64,000 nucleotides of DNA from Nitrospirota bacterium (GCA_963699545.1 CAVOUE010000010.1:64001-128000), one strand, 5' to 3'. Shown: positions 30,981 through 42,758, numbered from the stretch's first letter. Notes: a model not told the origin generated them from the sequence alone. Program-made: numbers and translations.

Positions 30981-32049
30981 ATGAAGGCTTTGATCCTGAG
31001 CGGAGGGAAAGGGACCCGTCTGAGGCCCCTCACCTACACCACCGCAAAACAGCTCGTTCCCGTTGCAAACAAGCCGATCCTCGGCTATGTCATTGACCAC
31101 ATAAAGGACGCCGGGATAAAGGACCTTGGGGTGATCATATCCCCTGATACCGGGGACGAGGTGAAGAGATATATTGACGGGGGGAAGAGATGGGGGATAC
31201 GGGTGACGTTCATTCCCCAGGAAGAGCCCCTCGGCCTGGCCCACGCGGTCATCACCGCCCGGGATTTTCTCAAGAACGATGATTTCGTGATGTATCTCGG
31301 TGACAATCTTTTGAGCCATGGGGTAAAGGATGCCTTGAAAAAATTCAGGCGGGAGTTCCCCCAGGCATTGATCTTCCTGAAGGAGGTCGACAACCCTAGG
31401 CAGTTCGGCGTGGCAAAACTTGATCGCAAAGGGAATATCGTTCAGCTGATCGAAAAACCAAAGAGGCCGCCGTCAAATCTTGCGCTTGTGGGGGTCTATA
31501 TGTTCTCCCGGGAGATACATGACGCCATCTCACGGATCAAACCGTCCTTCAGGGGAGAACTGGAGATCACTGACGCCATACAGGAACTGATCCATATGGG
31601 CTATGAAGTGAGAAGTCGAGATCCTTCGCGGCTGGTGGCTTGATACGGGCAAGAAGGACAGCCTCCTCCAGGCGAACACCGTTGTCCTTGACGACTACAT
31701 AAAGAGAGATATTCGGGGTTCTGTCGACGCGAAGAGCCAGATAACGGGCAGAGTGACCATCGAGCAAGGCGCCGTAGTGAAGAACAGCATTGTGAGAGGC
31801 CCGGTCATCATCGGCAAGCAGGCAAAGATCAGCAATGCCTTTATCGGGCCCTTTACCAGTATCGGTGACGGAGTGACCATAGTGAACTCTGTTGTCGAGC
31901 ATTCAGTGGTCTTGAATAATGCTTTTCTCTCTGGAATAGAGCGGCTTGAGGACAGCCTCATAGGGAAAAGCTCAAGGGTCATAAAGAACGCTTCCCGTCA
32001 TAAGGCCCTTCGTCTTATGGTGGGAGATGACTCCACAGTAGAGGTCTGA
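30981..32049 (+). CDS. rfbA: Glucose-1-phosphate thymidylyltransferase, long form (frameshift ~31615)
   Basis: LSGGKGTRLRP, KQLVPVANKP, RGELEITDA, C-terminal hexapeptide repeats. Confidence 0.9.
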
Positions 32050-32050
32050 G

Positions 32051-32509
32051 GTGTTCGTTGACGGGGAGATCGCCGGGGTCCTGATCCGGCAATTCAGTCA
32101 GTTCCACGACCGGCGCGGGTGGCTCTCTGAGCTGTACAGGATCGACGAAGCAGGTGAATACCGGGCCGTCATGGCATATCTGTCAGTGACCAATCCCGGG
32201 GTCACGCGGGGACCCCATGAGCATATCGAACAGACCGACTATTTCTGCTTCATGGGCGTCTTTACGCTCTACCTCTGGGATAACAGGAAACATTCTCCGA
32301 CGTATGGAAAGAAAATGGTCATAGAGAACGCCGACAGGTTGATCGCCGTCGTACCACCCGGTGTTGTTCATGCCTATAAGAATTCCGCGGAGAGCGAGGG
32401 AATCGTCCTGAATTTCCCTGACAGGCTCTATGCCGGCTGGGGGAAAAAGGAGAAGGTGGACGAGGTGAGATACGAGGATGACATTGAAAGCCCATTCAGA
32501 ATTCATTAG
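32051..32509 (+). CDS. rfbC: dTDP-4-dehydrorhamnose 3,5-epimerase
   Basis: DRRGWLSE, RGPHEH, PPGVVHAY, operon context. Confidence 0.85.
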   Translation: MFVDGEIAGVLIRQFSQFHDRRGWLSELYRIDEAGEYRAVMAYLSVTNPGVTRGPHEHIEQTDYFCFMGVFTLYLWDNRKHSPTYGKKMVIENADRLIAVVPPGVVHAYKNSAESEGIVLNFPDRLYAGWGKKEKVDEVRYEDDIESPFRIH

Positions 32510-32513
32510 GAGG

Positions 32514-32541
32514 TTTTAGCTGACAGCTCTCAGCTATTAGC
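32514..32541 (+). repeat. Heptamer tandem repeat
   Basis: TTTTAGC TGACAGC TCTCAGC TATTAGC. Confidence 0.6.
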
Positions 32542-32545
32542 GTAC

Positions 32546-33553
32546 ATGCGAATACTGGTCACCGGCGGCTGCGGCTTTATCGGTTCGCACTTCATCAGGC
32601 ATCTCCTTGCCAAGTACCCCGGCTATTCGATCATCAACCTGGATGCCCTCACCTATGCAGGGAACAGGGAGAACCTGACAGATGTCGAGGGAAGGGAAAA
32701 CTATACGTTTGTAAAGGGGAAGATAGAAGACGCTGCCCTTATAAAAAAGCTCGTCGACAACGTTGACGCCGTTGTCCATTTTGCTGCGGAAAGCCACGTC
32801 GACCGCTCTATCGCCGATGCCCAGCCGTTTCTCATGACAAATGTCATCGGGACCTATACCCTCATGGAGGCGGCAAAGAACGCCCTGGTAAAAAGATTTG
32901 TCCATATCTCCACAGATGAGGTCTACGGCGCTTTGGGAGAAAAGGGCACGTTCACGGAGGACACCCCCCTCAGACCCAATTCTCCCTATTCTGCATCAAA
33001 GGCGGCGGCTGATATGTTCGTGAGGGCATACCACGAGACCTTCGGATTTCCCTCCCTCATCGTCAGACCTTCCAACAATTACGGGCCCTACCAGTATCCG
33101 GAGAAACTGATCCCCCTTATGATCACGAACCTTTTCGAAGACAGACCGGTCCCGGTCTACGGCGAGGGGAAGAATGTGAGGGACTGGCTCTTTGTTGAGG
33201 ACAACTGCGGGGCCATCGATCTCATCCTGCATAAGGGGAAAACGGGTGAGGCGTATAATGTGGGCGGCAATGCCGAGAGGAGAAATATCGATATCGTAAA
33301 GAAGGTCATGGAGATCATGGGGAAGGACGAATCGCTCATCACCTTTGTGAAGGACAGACCGGGTCATGATTACCGCTACGCCCTTGATACCTCGAAGATA
33401 GAGCGGGAGCTGGGATGGAAGCCCTCACTGGATATGGATTCGTATCTGAGGAAGACGATCCGGTGGTATAGGGAAAACGAGTGGTGGTGGCGGCCTCTGA
33501 AGGAACGGTTGTCCTCTGAGAGCAAGGGGTTCTGGGAGAGCAAGAAGACATGA
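32546..33553 (+). CDS. rfbB: dTDP-glucose 4,6-dehydratase
   Basis: GGCGFIG, AAESHVDRS, STDEVYG, YSASK. Confidence 0.95.
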   Translation: MRILVTGGCGFIGSHFIRHLLAKYPGYSIINLDALTYAGNRENLTDVEGRENYTFVKGKIEDAALIKKLVDNVDAVVHFAAESHVDRSIADAQPFLMTNVIGTYTLMEAAKNALVKRFVHISTDEVYGALGEKGTFTEDTPLRPNSPYSASKAAADMFVRAYHETFGFPSLIVRPSNNYGPYQYPEKLIPLMITNLFEDRPVPVYGEGKNVRDWLFVEDNCGAIDLILHKGKTGEAYNVGGNAERRNIDIVKKVMEIMGKDESLITFVKDRPGHDYRYALDTSKIERELGWKPSLDMDSYLRKTIRWYRENEWWWRPLKERLSSESKGFWESKKT

Positions 33554-34388
33554 ATATCCTCGTCACCGGTGCAAAGGGGATGCTCGCCTCTGACCTGATC
33601 CCGATCCTAAGCAAAGGACATAAGGTCATTTCCGTGCCGGAAGAAAGTACTCGATATCACGGTCAGAGACAGTGTACAGCATGCCGTGCGTGCGGTATCC
33701 CCTGATTGTGTGATCAATTGCGCGGCATACACGCTGGTCGACAAGGCGGAACAGGAAAGGGAGAAGGCATTTCTCGTGAACGGCATCGGCGTCCAGAATC
33801 TCGCACTGGCGTGCCAGGACAGGAGCATTCCCCTCTGCCACATAAGTACTGATTATGTCTTTGACGGCACCAAGGCCACGGCCTACACCCCCTTTGACAA
33901 CACGAACCCGATCAATATCTATGGGGAATCCAAACTTGCCGGGGAAAAATACATTCAGTGGATCATGAACAGATTTTACATTGTGCGGACGAGCTGGCTC
34001 TACGGAAAGAATGGAAGCAACTTTGTCTCCCACTATCCTCAGGCTTGCACAGGAAAAAAAGGAGATAGAGGTCGTGCAGGACCAGAAGGGTTCTCCCACG
34101 TCGACGATCTCCCTTTCCCGCGGGATACACAGGCTTATCGATTCAGGGGCCTATGGAATCTATCACTTCACTGACGATACCGGAGGGGGGATCAGCTGGT
34201 ATGACTTTGCACAGGAGATCGTGAGGCTGTCGGGAAGCAGTACCCGGGTCCTTCCCACAACGACCGACCGTTTCCCGCGGCCGGCAAAGAGGCCGTCGAA
34301 TTCCGTCCTCGATATATCGTTCTTTTCACAGGTGACGGGGTATAGACCCGCTGACTGGAAGAAAACGCTTCGGGAGTATATATCTTAG
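33550..34388 (+). CDS. rfbD: dTDP-4-dehydrorhamnose reductase (two frameshifts)
   Basis: TGAKGML, NCAAYT, STDYVFDG, YGESK, RPAKRP across three frames. Confidence 0.88.
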
Positions 34389-34399
34389 TTTTCCCTCTC

Positions 34400-35287
34400 T
34401 CAATCGCCCTGCGGAACCCTCTTCCACCGCCTGTGCATCCAGAGCCACTGAGAAGGATTCTCCCTGATATAGTCTTCAATGAACCCGGAGAACCTTTTTG
34501 TGTCTTCCTTCATCGCCTCTTCCGGATCGCTGTTTGAGGAGAGGACGACCTCGGGGTGAACCGTTATTTCATGCCCGCTCTCTGTCCTTCTGATAAATGC
34601 GGCCACCGCGGGAGCGCCGGTCTTCCTCGCAAGCAGCGCAGGCATCTTTGTCGTCCAGGCTCCTCTCCCGAGAAACTCTGTCACATACCCTTCTTCCGGA
34701 AGGACCGCCTGATCCATGAGTATTCCCACACAGCCGCCGTCTTTCAGGGTTCCCAGGATAGCCCGCAGCGCACCCTTCTTGTCAATGAGCTTGTTGCCAA
34801 AACGGGACCTTGCCTTCACGAGGAACGTATTGAGATAGGGATTGTTCAGCGGTCTGACCACAACAGAGATGGGAGCAACCCTGTAGGATGCCAGGATGGC
34901 CAGGAGTTCCCAGTTGCCGCAGTGTCCCGTAATCAGGAAGACCCCCTTCCCCTTGGCCCTGGCCTTCTCGAAATGCTCCATGCCCTTAACAACCGTTCTT
35001 TCGAGTATCCTCCTCCCCGTTCCGCAATTGATCCTCACGATCTCGATGAACGACCTGCCAAGGTTCCTGAAATTCTCCCTGATCACCTCTTCGGGAGACC
35101 CTGAAAGGGACAATGCCCCGAGAGCAGCACATGTTCTCAGGTTATCGACAGCGATTGTTCTCCTGCTTTTCCATACATAGTACATAAGGAGGCCAAGGAG
35201 TTCGCCTCCTTTCACCGGCATGAGGGAAAAGGGGAAGGTGAAGACAAGAATTGCGGCAGCCTGAAGACCCCAGAGGAATTTCTTCAT
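34400..35287 (-). CDS. Lipid A lauroyl-type lysophospholipid acyltransferase
   Basis: GHCGNWE, LMDQ, QWLWMHRRWK. Confidence 0.85.
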   Translation of the reverse strand: MKKFLWGLQAAAILVFTFPFSLMPVKGGELLGLLMYYVWKSRRTIAVDNLRTCAALGALSLSGSPEEVIRENFRNLGRSFIEIVRINCGTGRRILERTVVKGMEHFEKARAKGKGVFLITGHCGNWELLAILASYRVAPISVVVRPLNNPYLNTFLVKARSRFGNKLIDKKGALRAILGTLKDGGCVGILMDQAVLPEEGYVTEFLGRGAWTTKMPALLARKTGAPAVAAFIRRTESGHEITVHPEVVLSSNSDPEEAMKEDTKRFSGFIEDYIRENPSQWLWMHRRWKRVPQGD

Positions 35288-37784
35288 TGTTTCGCATTGC
35301 TCACCCCGCGCAGGGTCTTGCGGCTCCTTTTGGATTTCTGAGTCTTCTCCCCTTCCTGGGACCTGGAATCCTTCTTCTGCTCGTCTTCCTTATCCTCTTT
35401 CTTTTCCCTGAGGGCCTCGGAAATTTCGGTAAGCCGTTTCATGACGAGATAGTTTACACTTCCCTCCGGGTACGTCCCGTCCTCTTTCAGCTCACCCGCA
35501 GGCATACCGGTAAGGATATCGATCCCTTCATCGACCATATCAATGGGATAGATCGAAAATCTGCCTTCCCGCACAGCATCCACCACTTCCTTCTTCAGCA
35601 TAAGGTTCTTCACATTCCGCCTGGGGATGATCACCCCGTGAGTGCCGTCCAAACCCCTGAGCCTGCAGAGCTCGAAGAAGCCTTCTACCTTCTCGTTCAC
35701 CCCTCCTATAGGCTGGACAGCCCCGGTCTGGTCCATCGAACCCGTGATTGCCAGGTTCTGCTTCAGGGGAACTCCTGAGATGCTGCTGGCAAGGGCATAA
35801 TACTCGGCACAGGTGGCGCTGTCTCCCTCCACCATGTCATAGAGCTGTTCAAAGGTGATGGAGGCCGAAAGGGTTATGGGTTTCTTGGTAGCGTACTTGC
35901 TGCCGAGATAATGGGTGAGAATCAGGATCGCCTTTTCATGGATCCTTCCGCTCATCTTCGTTTCACGCTCTATGTTCACCACCCCTGCTTTGCCTGCATA
36001 GGTCAGGGCGGTGATCCTCGACGGTTTCCCGAAACCGTAATCCCCCAGTTCCAGAACCGCAAGACCGTTCACCTGTCCCACCTTTGCCCCGGACGTATCC
36101 ACGATCAGGGTACCTTCTTCCATCAACTCCCTGAGCCTCTCCTCTATCCTGTTGCTCCTGTAGATCTTTTCGTTGATCGCCTTTTCGACGTGCTCCGCCT
36201 TCACAATACGGCTGCCGGCGGTCTTTGCCCAGTAGGTGGACTCGCGGATAAGGTCCGCGACGTCGCTGAACCGAGAAGAGAGTTTTTCCTGATGCTCGGA
36301 AAGCCGGGAACCGAACTCTACGATCTTTGACACACCCGACCGGTCAAAGGGGAGCAGCTTTTCCTCCTTGCAGAGAGCCGCGACGAACAGGGCATACCTC
36401 CGGATGTTCTCCACGGTCCTGCCCATCCTGCTGTCGAAATCCGCCTTCACCTTGAACAGCTCCCTGTACTCTTCGTCGAGGCTGTACAGGAGGTAATAAA
36501 GATACGGGCTTCCCACCAGGACGACCTTCACATCCAGGGGGATGGCCTCGGGTTTGAGGGCCGTGGTCGAGATAAGCCGGTACTGTTCCCAGACGTCCTC
36601 GATCTTTATCTCCCTGTTCCTGATACCGCGTTTCAGGGCATCATATGCAAAGAGGTTCTTGAGCAGATCCAGGACGTTGATCACAATGTACCCTCCGTTC
36701 GCCCTGTGGAGGGACCCCGCTTTTATCATGGAGAAGTCCGTAACCGCAACGCCATACTGGAATTTGTGCTCTATCCTGCCGAACAGGTTGTAGTATGCCG
36801 GGTTGCTCTCAAAGACACAGGGCGCGCCCTTGCCGTCCTTCCCGTCCTTATTGTTCACCAGGACATTCACCGTATAGCGGGTAAACGTCGGTTCTGTCTT
36901 CGGCATCTTCATGAAGGGCAACGGCGGCGCCTGTTCTTCCGCGGATTTGAAGTCATCCATGTGCTCCAGCATATCTTCCTGGACATTCTCGAGATAGGTG
37001 AGGATCTTTTCGTTCTGTGCGTGCTTCCTCCTGATATCCTCTATGAGGTGCCCCACTGCAGAGAGGGCAGCGTCCCTTTCCAGTTTCAGGAGTTGTTCCT
37101 TCAGCAGCTTTTCTCCTTCCCTCACCGCCCTTACCACATCGTCCAGTTTCTCCTGCAGTAGCTTGCCGAGTTCCTCTATCTTCTTTTTGGTTTCTGCCTC
37201 AAGCCCCTCAAATTCCTCCTCGGTAAGAGGCTCCCCCGTCTTCTTCACCGGCACGATCAGGAACCGCTCACCGTCTTCCTTATAGAGAACCCTTTTGCCT
37301 GCGCCTCATTCTCAAGGCTGCCGAAGAGGTCTCGCTGCCTTTTCTGGAACTCCTCCATTATCTTGCTCTTCTGTTTCTCGTACTCCTTCGACTCAAAGAC
37401 CTTCGGGATATCGACCCGCAAGGTCTTCACCATCTCTTCCATGTCCTTCTGGAACAGGACGGCCTGCCCCGGTTCGAGAGAGATCGCCAGGGGCGCATCA
37501 GGGTCCCGGAAGTTGTATACATAGCACCAGTCGGAGGGAACAGGTTTTGTGACGGACTCCTTTTCGAGAATTCCCTTGATGGTGGACATCTTCCCGGTGC
37601 CGTTCTCCCCGAGGAGAAAAATATTGAACCCCGAACTGTCAAGGCTCAGGCCGAAATGGATGGCATTGAGCGCCCTGGCCTGGCCGATGGTTCCCTCGAG
37701 AGGCGGGAGTTCATCCGTGGTTTCGAATTGCAATGCTGTTTCGTCGCAACATTTGTAAAGCTCATCCACACTGAGACGCTTCAT
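35284..37784 (-). CDS. Lon-like (LonC-type) protease (frameshift ~37260)
   Basis: IGQARA, GENGTGK, GSLHRANGG, GQVNGL, EGDSA, GGVNEKVEG. Confidence 0.85.
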
Positions 37785-37896
37785 TACTCACCTCCGCTCA
37801 ATATTCGTAGAATGCCACTCGATGATCTCGGATTCCCCGGGACTTCAGATGTCCCTTTCCTGCAACCCGCAAGCGGGAATCCCGGTGTGTTTCATG

Positions 37897-38799
37897 TCAG
37901 GCCCTGGGATGGTGCTCACGATACACCTGTTTCAGCCTGTCCACGGTCACCTTCGTATAGATCTGGGTCGTGGAGATATCCGAATGTCCCAGCATCTTCT
38001 GAAGCGACCTGAGGTCAGCCCCTCCTTCCAGCAGATGTGTCGCAAAACTGTGCCTCATGGTATGGGGCGAGAGTTCAATGCCAAGCTGCTTCCCGAAAGC
38101 CTTGACGGTCTGCCAGAACCGCTGGCGCGTCATGGGCGCACCCCTCCCGGTCACGAAGAGGTATTCAGAATGACGTTTCTTAAGGAGAGCAGGCCTGAAA
38201 CCGCTTATATATCGCTTCACCTTCTCCATGGCACGATGGTTCATGGGGACAACCCTTTCTTTCGACCCTTTCCCCACGATCCTGAGAAAGCCGCCTCCAA
38301 AGTTGATATCCTCAAGTCTGAGGGTCACGAGTTCGCTCACCCGAAGACCCGACGAATAGAGAAGTTCGACCATTGCAGCATTCCTGAAGAGCAGCGCCGC
38401 CGCGACCGGTCTGTCCCCGGACACCGCAGGATGAGCGGAAGTGGAGAGCACCTCCTTCACCTGCTCCAGGCTCAGGGCCTTCGGCAACCTTTCCCACCTC
38501 TTTGGCGATTGCAGGTTCTCTGTGGGGTCCTCCTGAATGATCTTCTCCATGAGGAGGAATTTTGAGAGCCCCTTTATCGAGGAGATCATCCTGCAAATGC
38601 TCGAAGCAGAGTATGCCTTATCCCTCAGGTGCTCCAGGTGGTCGATGACATCCCCCTTGGAAAAGGCGTCAAGACCCGTTCCACGGGAGGCGAGGAATTT
38701 CCCGAACATGGTGAGATCGGTGCGGTAGGACTGGATGGTGTTTTTCGCCAGCCCCTTTTCCACAGAGACGTACGCGAGGAATTTCCTAAGTATATCCAC
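37897..38799 (-). CDS. xerD: Site-specific tyrosine recombinase XerD
   Basis: EKGLAKNT, GLRVSE, GKGSKER, HTMRHSFATHLL, GHSDISTTQIY. Confidence 0.9.
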   Translation of the reverse strand: MDILRKFLAYVSVEKGLAKNTIQSYRTDLTMFGKFLASRGTGLDAFSKGDVIDHLEHLRDKAYSASSICRMISSIKGLSKFLLMEKIIQEDPTENLQSPKRWERLPKALSLEQVKEVLSTSAHPAVSGDRPVAAALLFRNAAMVELLYSSGLRVSELVTLRLEDINFGGGFLRIVGKGSKERVVPMNHRAMEKVKRYISGFRPALLKKRHSEYLFVTGRGAPMTRQRFWQTVKAFGKQLGIELSPHTMRHSFATHLLEGGADLRSLQKMLGHSDISTTQIYTKVTVDRLKQVYREHHPRA

Positions 38800-39571
38800 A
38801 GACCAGATGCTCCTCAATGCCCGTTGACTGCTTCAGCCTCCGGTAAAGGATGTCCGCAATGGCATGAAGGTTGACGGTGTCCTCCCTGTTATAGCTCAGC
38901 AGCAGCCTCTTCGCTTCATCACTTCCCCTCTTTGACAGCTCCCACAGCCTCACCGCATCGTAGCCGTCCATACCCCTTACCTCTTCGCCCCGTTCGATCC
39001 CGAAGAGTGTCTCGATCTTCTTCAACCCGCCGCGAATTCCCAGCCTCTTTGCGGCGAAGCAGAGATCAAAATGAGGAATATCGAACCGCACTTCAGGGAA
39101 CGACCTTTGCAGAAAGGGGATATCAAAAGAGGCGCCATAGAAGGTTATGAGGCACTTATATCCGGAGAGCGCCTTATCGAGGTTGTCGGCCGTGAGGTTT
39201 TCTCCCGCAACAAGGGATGTCCAGTCAAAGCCGTCATACAGACCGACCACCGTGACGTAACCGCCCCTGCCCGGCATGAGACCGTTGGTCTCTATATCAA
39301 GATAGACTGCGTTGTCCCTGAAGATCTCAAAGAGCCGCCAGTGTTCCCTCCTTCTTATGGACCTCGCAAAGAAGGCAGCGTCCCTCTCTTCCAGCTTCAG
39401 GGCCGCTTTGGAGAGCGACCCGTCAAAAGAGGGTTTCCTTTCAGGGCTGATAAAGCGGATATCGCCTGCGTGGATGAAATCGCTCCAGGTGAGAATTCCG
39501 TCCTTCCAGAGTCTTCTCTCCAGTTTCTCACCGATGCCGTTAAGGATGCTGAACGTATTCCTGATCATCAA
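38786..39571 (-). CDS. YprB-like RNase H-fold exonuclease
   Basis: YLDIETNG, FYGASFDIP, YNREDT. Confidence 0.8.
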   Translation of the reverse strand: MMIRNTFSILNGIGEKLERRLWKDGILTWSDFIHAGDIRFISPERKPSFDGSLSKAALKLEERDAAFFARSIRRREHWRLFEIFRDNAVYLDIETNGLMPGRGGYVTVVGLYDGFDWTSLVAGENLTADNLDKALSGYKCLITFYGASFDIPFLQRSFPEVRFDIPHFDLCFAAKRLGIRGGLKKIETLFGIERGEEVRGMDGYDAVRLWELSKRGSDEAKRLLLSYNREDTVNLHAIADILYRRLKQSTGIEEHLVCGYT

Positions 39572-39820
39572 TCATTCCTTTTTTTCTGGTGTTTATTATA
39601 CCTGTTACCGTGTATCTATACAATAGAGTTCCCTCTGCCGGGGATGATGAAATACGTGAATACAGCATTGATGAGAAGGATCTGCACAGGGCACGCACCG
39701 ATGGGTGACAACGCGGACATGGGCCATTTCCGGAGGAATGCAAGTTGTAATCCAGAACGGAGTCAGTGCCAAGACATTGAAGATATCAGTGAGTTCAGGT
39801 GTTCGGCGCTTTGGTATAGT

Positions 39821-40570
39821 TCAACCCCGGGGAGGTTCCTTGCGCTGTGTACCGTACAGGACGAGCATTTCTTCTGTATACTCGCCCCTTTCATCATAAA
39901 TAAAAAGCGGCCTCTCGACCTTCAGACCCACCCTTCCACCGTGAAGCGCCTCCAGCAACACCATCTTCGCCTCCGATGAGGCGCTGGAATGAACGAACCT
40001 CAGCCGTTTTACCTCCATCCTCTTCTCTCTCAGGGAGCCGACGATCTCTGCAAGTCTTCCCGGATGATGAATGAGGAAGAATCTTCCCTTTGTTTTCAGG
40101 AGATAATGGGCAGCGTTTATCAGTTCAGGCAGTTTCAGTCTTATCTCGTGGCGTGCGACGGCCCTTTCTTCCTCGGGATTAACAAAACCCGATCGTTCCT
40201 TTCTGAAGGGAGGATTCGAAACCACCACGTCAAAGGAACCGGCCTCTACAACAGGAGAGATAAGGGAACCCATCTCTCGAACGTCCCCTTTTATCACTTT
40301 GACCCTCTTCCCCATACCGTTAAGGGCAACGTTCTTTTCCGCGACCGAGGCAAGGCTGTCCTGGAGTTCGAAGAGAGAAACATCGGCAGAAGGGTACTTT
40401 TTCGAAAGGAGGAGGCCGATGACCCCTGAACCTGCCCCGAGGTCAGCGATCTTGTGCGCGAGGGGAACATGCACAAATGAATACAGAAGAAGGGCGTCCA
40501 CAGAGAAGCGGTAGCCCTTCTTTGACTGATAGATCTTGACGTCCCGTATGTGATCCAGTGTGAAGGCCAT
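39821..40570 (-). CDS. tRNA1(Val) A37 N6-methyltransferase-like
   Basis: GYRFSVDALLL, DLGAGSG, SNPPF, ARHE. Confidence 0.85.
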   Translation of the reverse strand: MAFTLDHIRDVKIYQSKKGYRFSVDALLLYSFVHVPLAHKIADLGAGSGVIGLLLSKKYPSADVSLFELQDSLASVAEKNVALNGMGKRVKVIKGDVREMGSLISPVVEAGSFDVVVSNPPFRKERSGFVNPEEERAVARHEIRLKLPELINAAHYLLKTKGRFFLIHHPGRLAEIVGSLREKRMEVKRLRFVHSSASSEAKMVLLEALHGGRVGLKVERPLFIYDERGEYTEEMLVLYGTQRKEPPRG

Positions 40571-40607
40571 GACTGCTCTCCCCTGTTACACGTAAGCGGC
40601 TTCTCCC

Positions 40608-41102
40608 TCAGAGGGTGGCAAAGAGATAGATCAGCAGGCAAACGGTCAGGACGATACGCAGGATAAGGCCGAGTTTCCTCATCTCGAGAAAAGCGCATAC
40701 CTTCCCGACGGTGAAGAACAAGACAAGATAGAGGACAATCATCAGGACCGGCATGAACATCCTGCCTTTTCTGAAGCCCTGAAGAGACGCCTTGAGTTTC
40801 TCCCATTGAAATCCCTCAGGCTTCTTTCCTTTCTCCTTCCCGGTATCTTTTCCCCCTTGCAAAGCCTTTTCAGATGGTTTCCCTTTCCCTTCATCCCTCT
40901 CCCGGGTGACGATGACCTGACCCCTGTATTCTTCCGGGACCTTATGGAGATCGTCTGTAAGAACGGCCGTGCCGTTCTTGTCCACGTACTTGTATATGTC
41001 CGCAGAACCGCTGCGGACGAAAAAAAGGATCGGGATGATGACCAGAAGACATGCTGTCCTCCCTATTCTCACGTGGTTCACCCTATCTGTCCTCCCTGTC
41101 AT
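40608..41102 (-). CDS. DUF4124-domain membrane protein
   Basis: ADIYKYVDKNG..TD plus C-terminal TMs. Confidence 0.7.
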   Translation of the reverse strand: MTGRTDRVNHVRIGRTACLLVIIPILFFVRSGSADIYKYVDKNGTAVLTDDLHKVPEEYRGQVIVTRERDEGKGKPSEKALQGGKDTGKEKGKKPEGFQWEKLKASLQGFRKGRMFMPVLMIVLYLVLFFTVGKVCAFLEMRKLGLILRIVLTVCLLIYLFATL

Positions 41103-41787
41103 TCAATAATGGAACGAGGTCACCTATCCTGTCAATAAGATGATCGGCATGGGCAAGGACTTCACGCGGCCGGTATCCATAGGTGACTGCAACGGTGGCA
41201 ATCCCCGCCGCCTTTCCGGCATCGATATCGTAATTGCTGTCTCCCACGATCATTGCCCTCCCGGGATGCACCCGCAGGTCCGAGAGGACCTTCCGGACGG
41301 GAAGGGGAGAGGGTTTTTTTTCGGGAGTCGTATCGCTCCCGACGATCATAAGAAAGTGGCTTGACAGTCCGAGGCCATCCAGGACCTTTCTCGAAAGCGT
41401 TTCCATTTTGTTTGAAATGACAGCTTTTTTATACCTGTCCAATTGGTCCAGCGTCTCCCGCACACCCGGGTACTCCCTCGTGAAATCGAGGATGTGCTGT
41501 GAGTAGTATTCAAGGAACCTGTCCTTAACGTCGGCCCGGATATCCTGAAGACTCCGGGGATTCTGCTGGAATGCTGCGACCGCGCTCCGGAGAACGCCGT
41601 TTCCCCGGGAATCCACGATCTTTTCTATGAGACGGGTTATGCCCTCGCCGATCATCTTGATGGTGTCATCGACGGTAAGGGGCTTGACCGCATAGGGCTC
41701 CAGCGCGTAGTTCAGCGCATTGGTAATGTCAACGCTGGAATCTACGAGTGTGCCGTCCAGGTCAAAGATGACAAGCTCTATGGACAT
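41083..41787 (-). CDS. HAD phosphatase (phosphoglycolate phosphatase-like)
   Basis: FDLDGTLVDS, KKPSP, VGDS..D. Confidence 0.85.
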   Translation of the reverse strand: MSIELVIFDLDGTLVDSSVDITNALNYALEPYAVKPLTVDDTIKMIGEGITRLIEKIVDSRGNGVLRSAVAAFQQNPRSLQDIRADVKDRFLEYYSQHILDFTREYPGVRETLDQLDRYKKAVISNKMETLSRKVLDGLGLSSHFLMIVGSDTTPEKKPSPLPVRKVLSDLRVHPGRAMIVGDSNYDIDAGKAAGIATVAVTYGYRPREVLAHADHLIDRIGDLVPLLNDREDR

Positions 41788-41828
41788 GCCACGGATTATA
41801 CCACAGAGGAAGAGCGGACAGAACGAAG

Positions 41829-42758
41829 TTACTCTTCCTTAAAGAGCCATGTCGAAAGATACCGCTCGCCCGTATCGGGGAGCACCACCACAATGAGTTT
41901 CCCCCGATTTTCGTCCCTTTCAGCAACTTTCAGCGCTGCCCAGAGTGCGGCGCCGCTGGATATCCCGCCGAGAATCCCCTCTTCCTTTGCAAGGCGTCTC
42001 GTCATGATGCCGGCGTTTTCGTCCGAGACCGTAATGATTTCGTCTATGACTTCCCTGTTCAGCACATCGGGGATAAACCCGGCCCCGATACCCTGTATCT
42101 TGTGCGGTCCTGCCTTTCCTCCGGACAGAACCGGCGAGGTTTCAGGCTCCACTGCAATCGCCGTGAAGCTCGTCTTCTTCTTCTTGATCACCTCGGCGAC
42201 ACCGGTAAGGGTTCCCCCGGTTCCGACGCCGGAGACAAGGATATCCACTTTGCCGTCTGTATCTCTCCATATCTCTTCAGCCGTAGTCTTCCGGTGGATT
42301 TCGGGGTTCGCCGGGTTCTTGAACTGCTGGGGCATATAGGCGTTGGGTATCGTTGTTGACAATTCTTCGGCCTTTCTGATTGCCCCGCTCATCCCTTCCG
42401 CCCCCGGGGTCAGGACCAGTTCAGCCCCAAAGATCTGGAACAACTGCCTCCTCTCAACGCTCATCGTCTCCGGCATGGTCAGGACGAGCCTGTATCCTTT
42501 TGCTGCAGCTACGAAGGCCAGGGCGATACCGGTATTGCCGCTTGTGGGTTCAACGATCACCGAATCCTTTTTCAGAAGACCCCGCTTCTCAGCGTCTTCG
42601 ATCATGGCTACGCCGATGCGGTCCTTTACGCTGGAGAGGGGATTGAATGCCTCCAGCTTGCCAACGATAGTTGCTTTCGCTCCCACGGTGATCTTGTTCA
42701 GTCTCACCAACGGGGTGTTCCCTATAGTTTCCGTTATGGTGTTGAATATCTTCGCCAT
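41829..42758 (-). CDS. cysK: Cysteine synthase A
   Basis: SVKDRI, PTSGNTG, GTGGT, ERYLST. Confidence 0.95.
   Translation of the reverse strand: MAKIFNTITETIGNTPLVRLNKITVGAKATIVGKLEAFNPLSSVKDRIGVAMIEDAEKRGLLKKDSVIVEPTSGNTGIALAFVAAAKGYRLVLTMPETMSVERRQLFQIFGAELVLTPGAEGMSGAIRKAEELSTTIPNAYMPQQFKNPANPEIHRKTTAEEIWRDTDGKVDILVSGVGTGGTLTGVAEVIKKKKTSFTAIAVEPETSPVLSGGKAGPHKIQGIGAGFIPDVLNREVIDEIITVSDENAGIMTRRLAKEEGILGGISSGAALWAALKVAERDENRGKLIVVVLPDTGERYLSTWLFKEE

Noticed and set aside
37822-38565. 247-aa plus-strand ORF
   Set aside because: Antisense shadow of xerD.
37897-38799. Tyrosine recombinase as a prophage or island integrase
   Set aside because: XerD-type motifs in a housekeeping context, with no phage genes or att sites seen.
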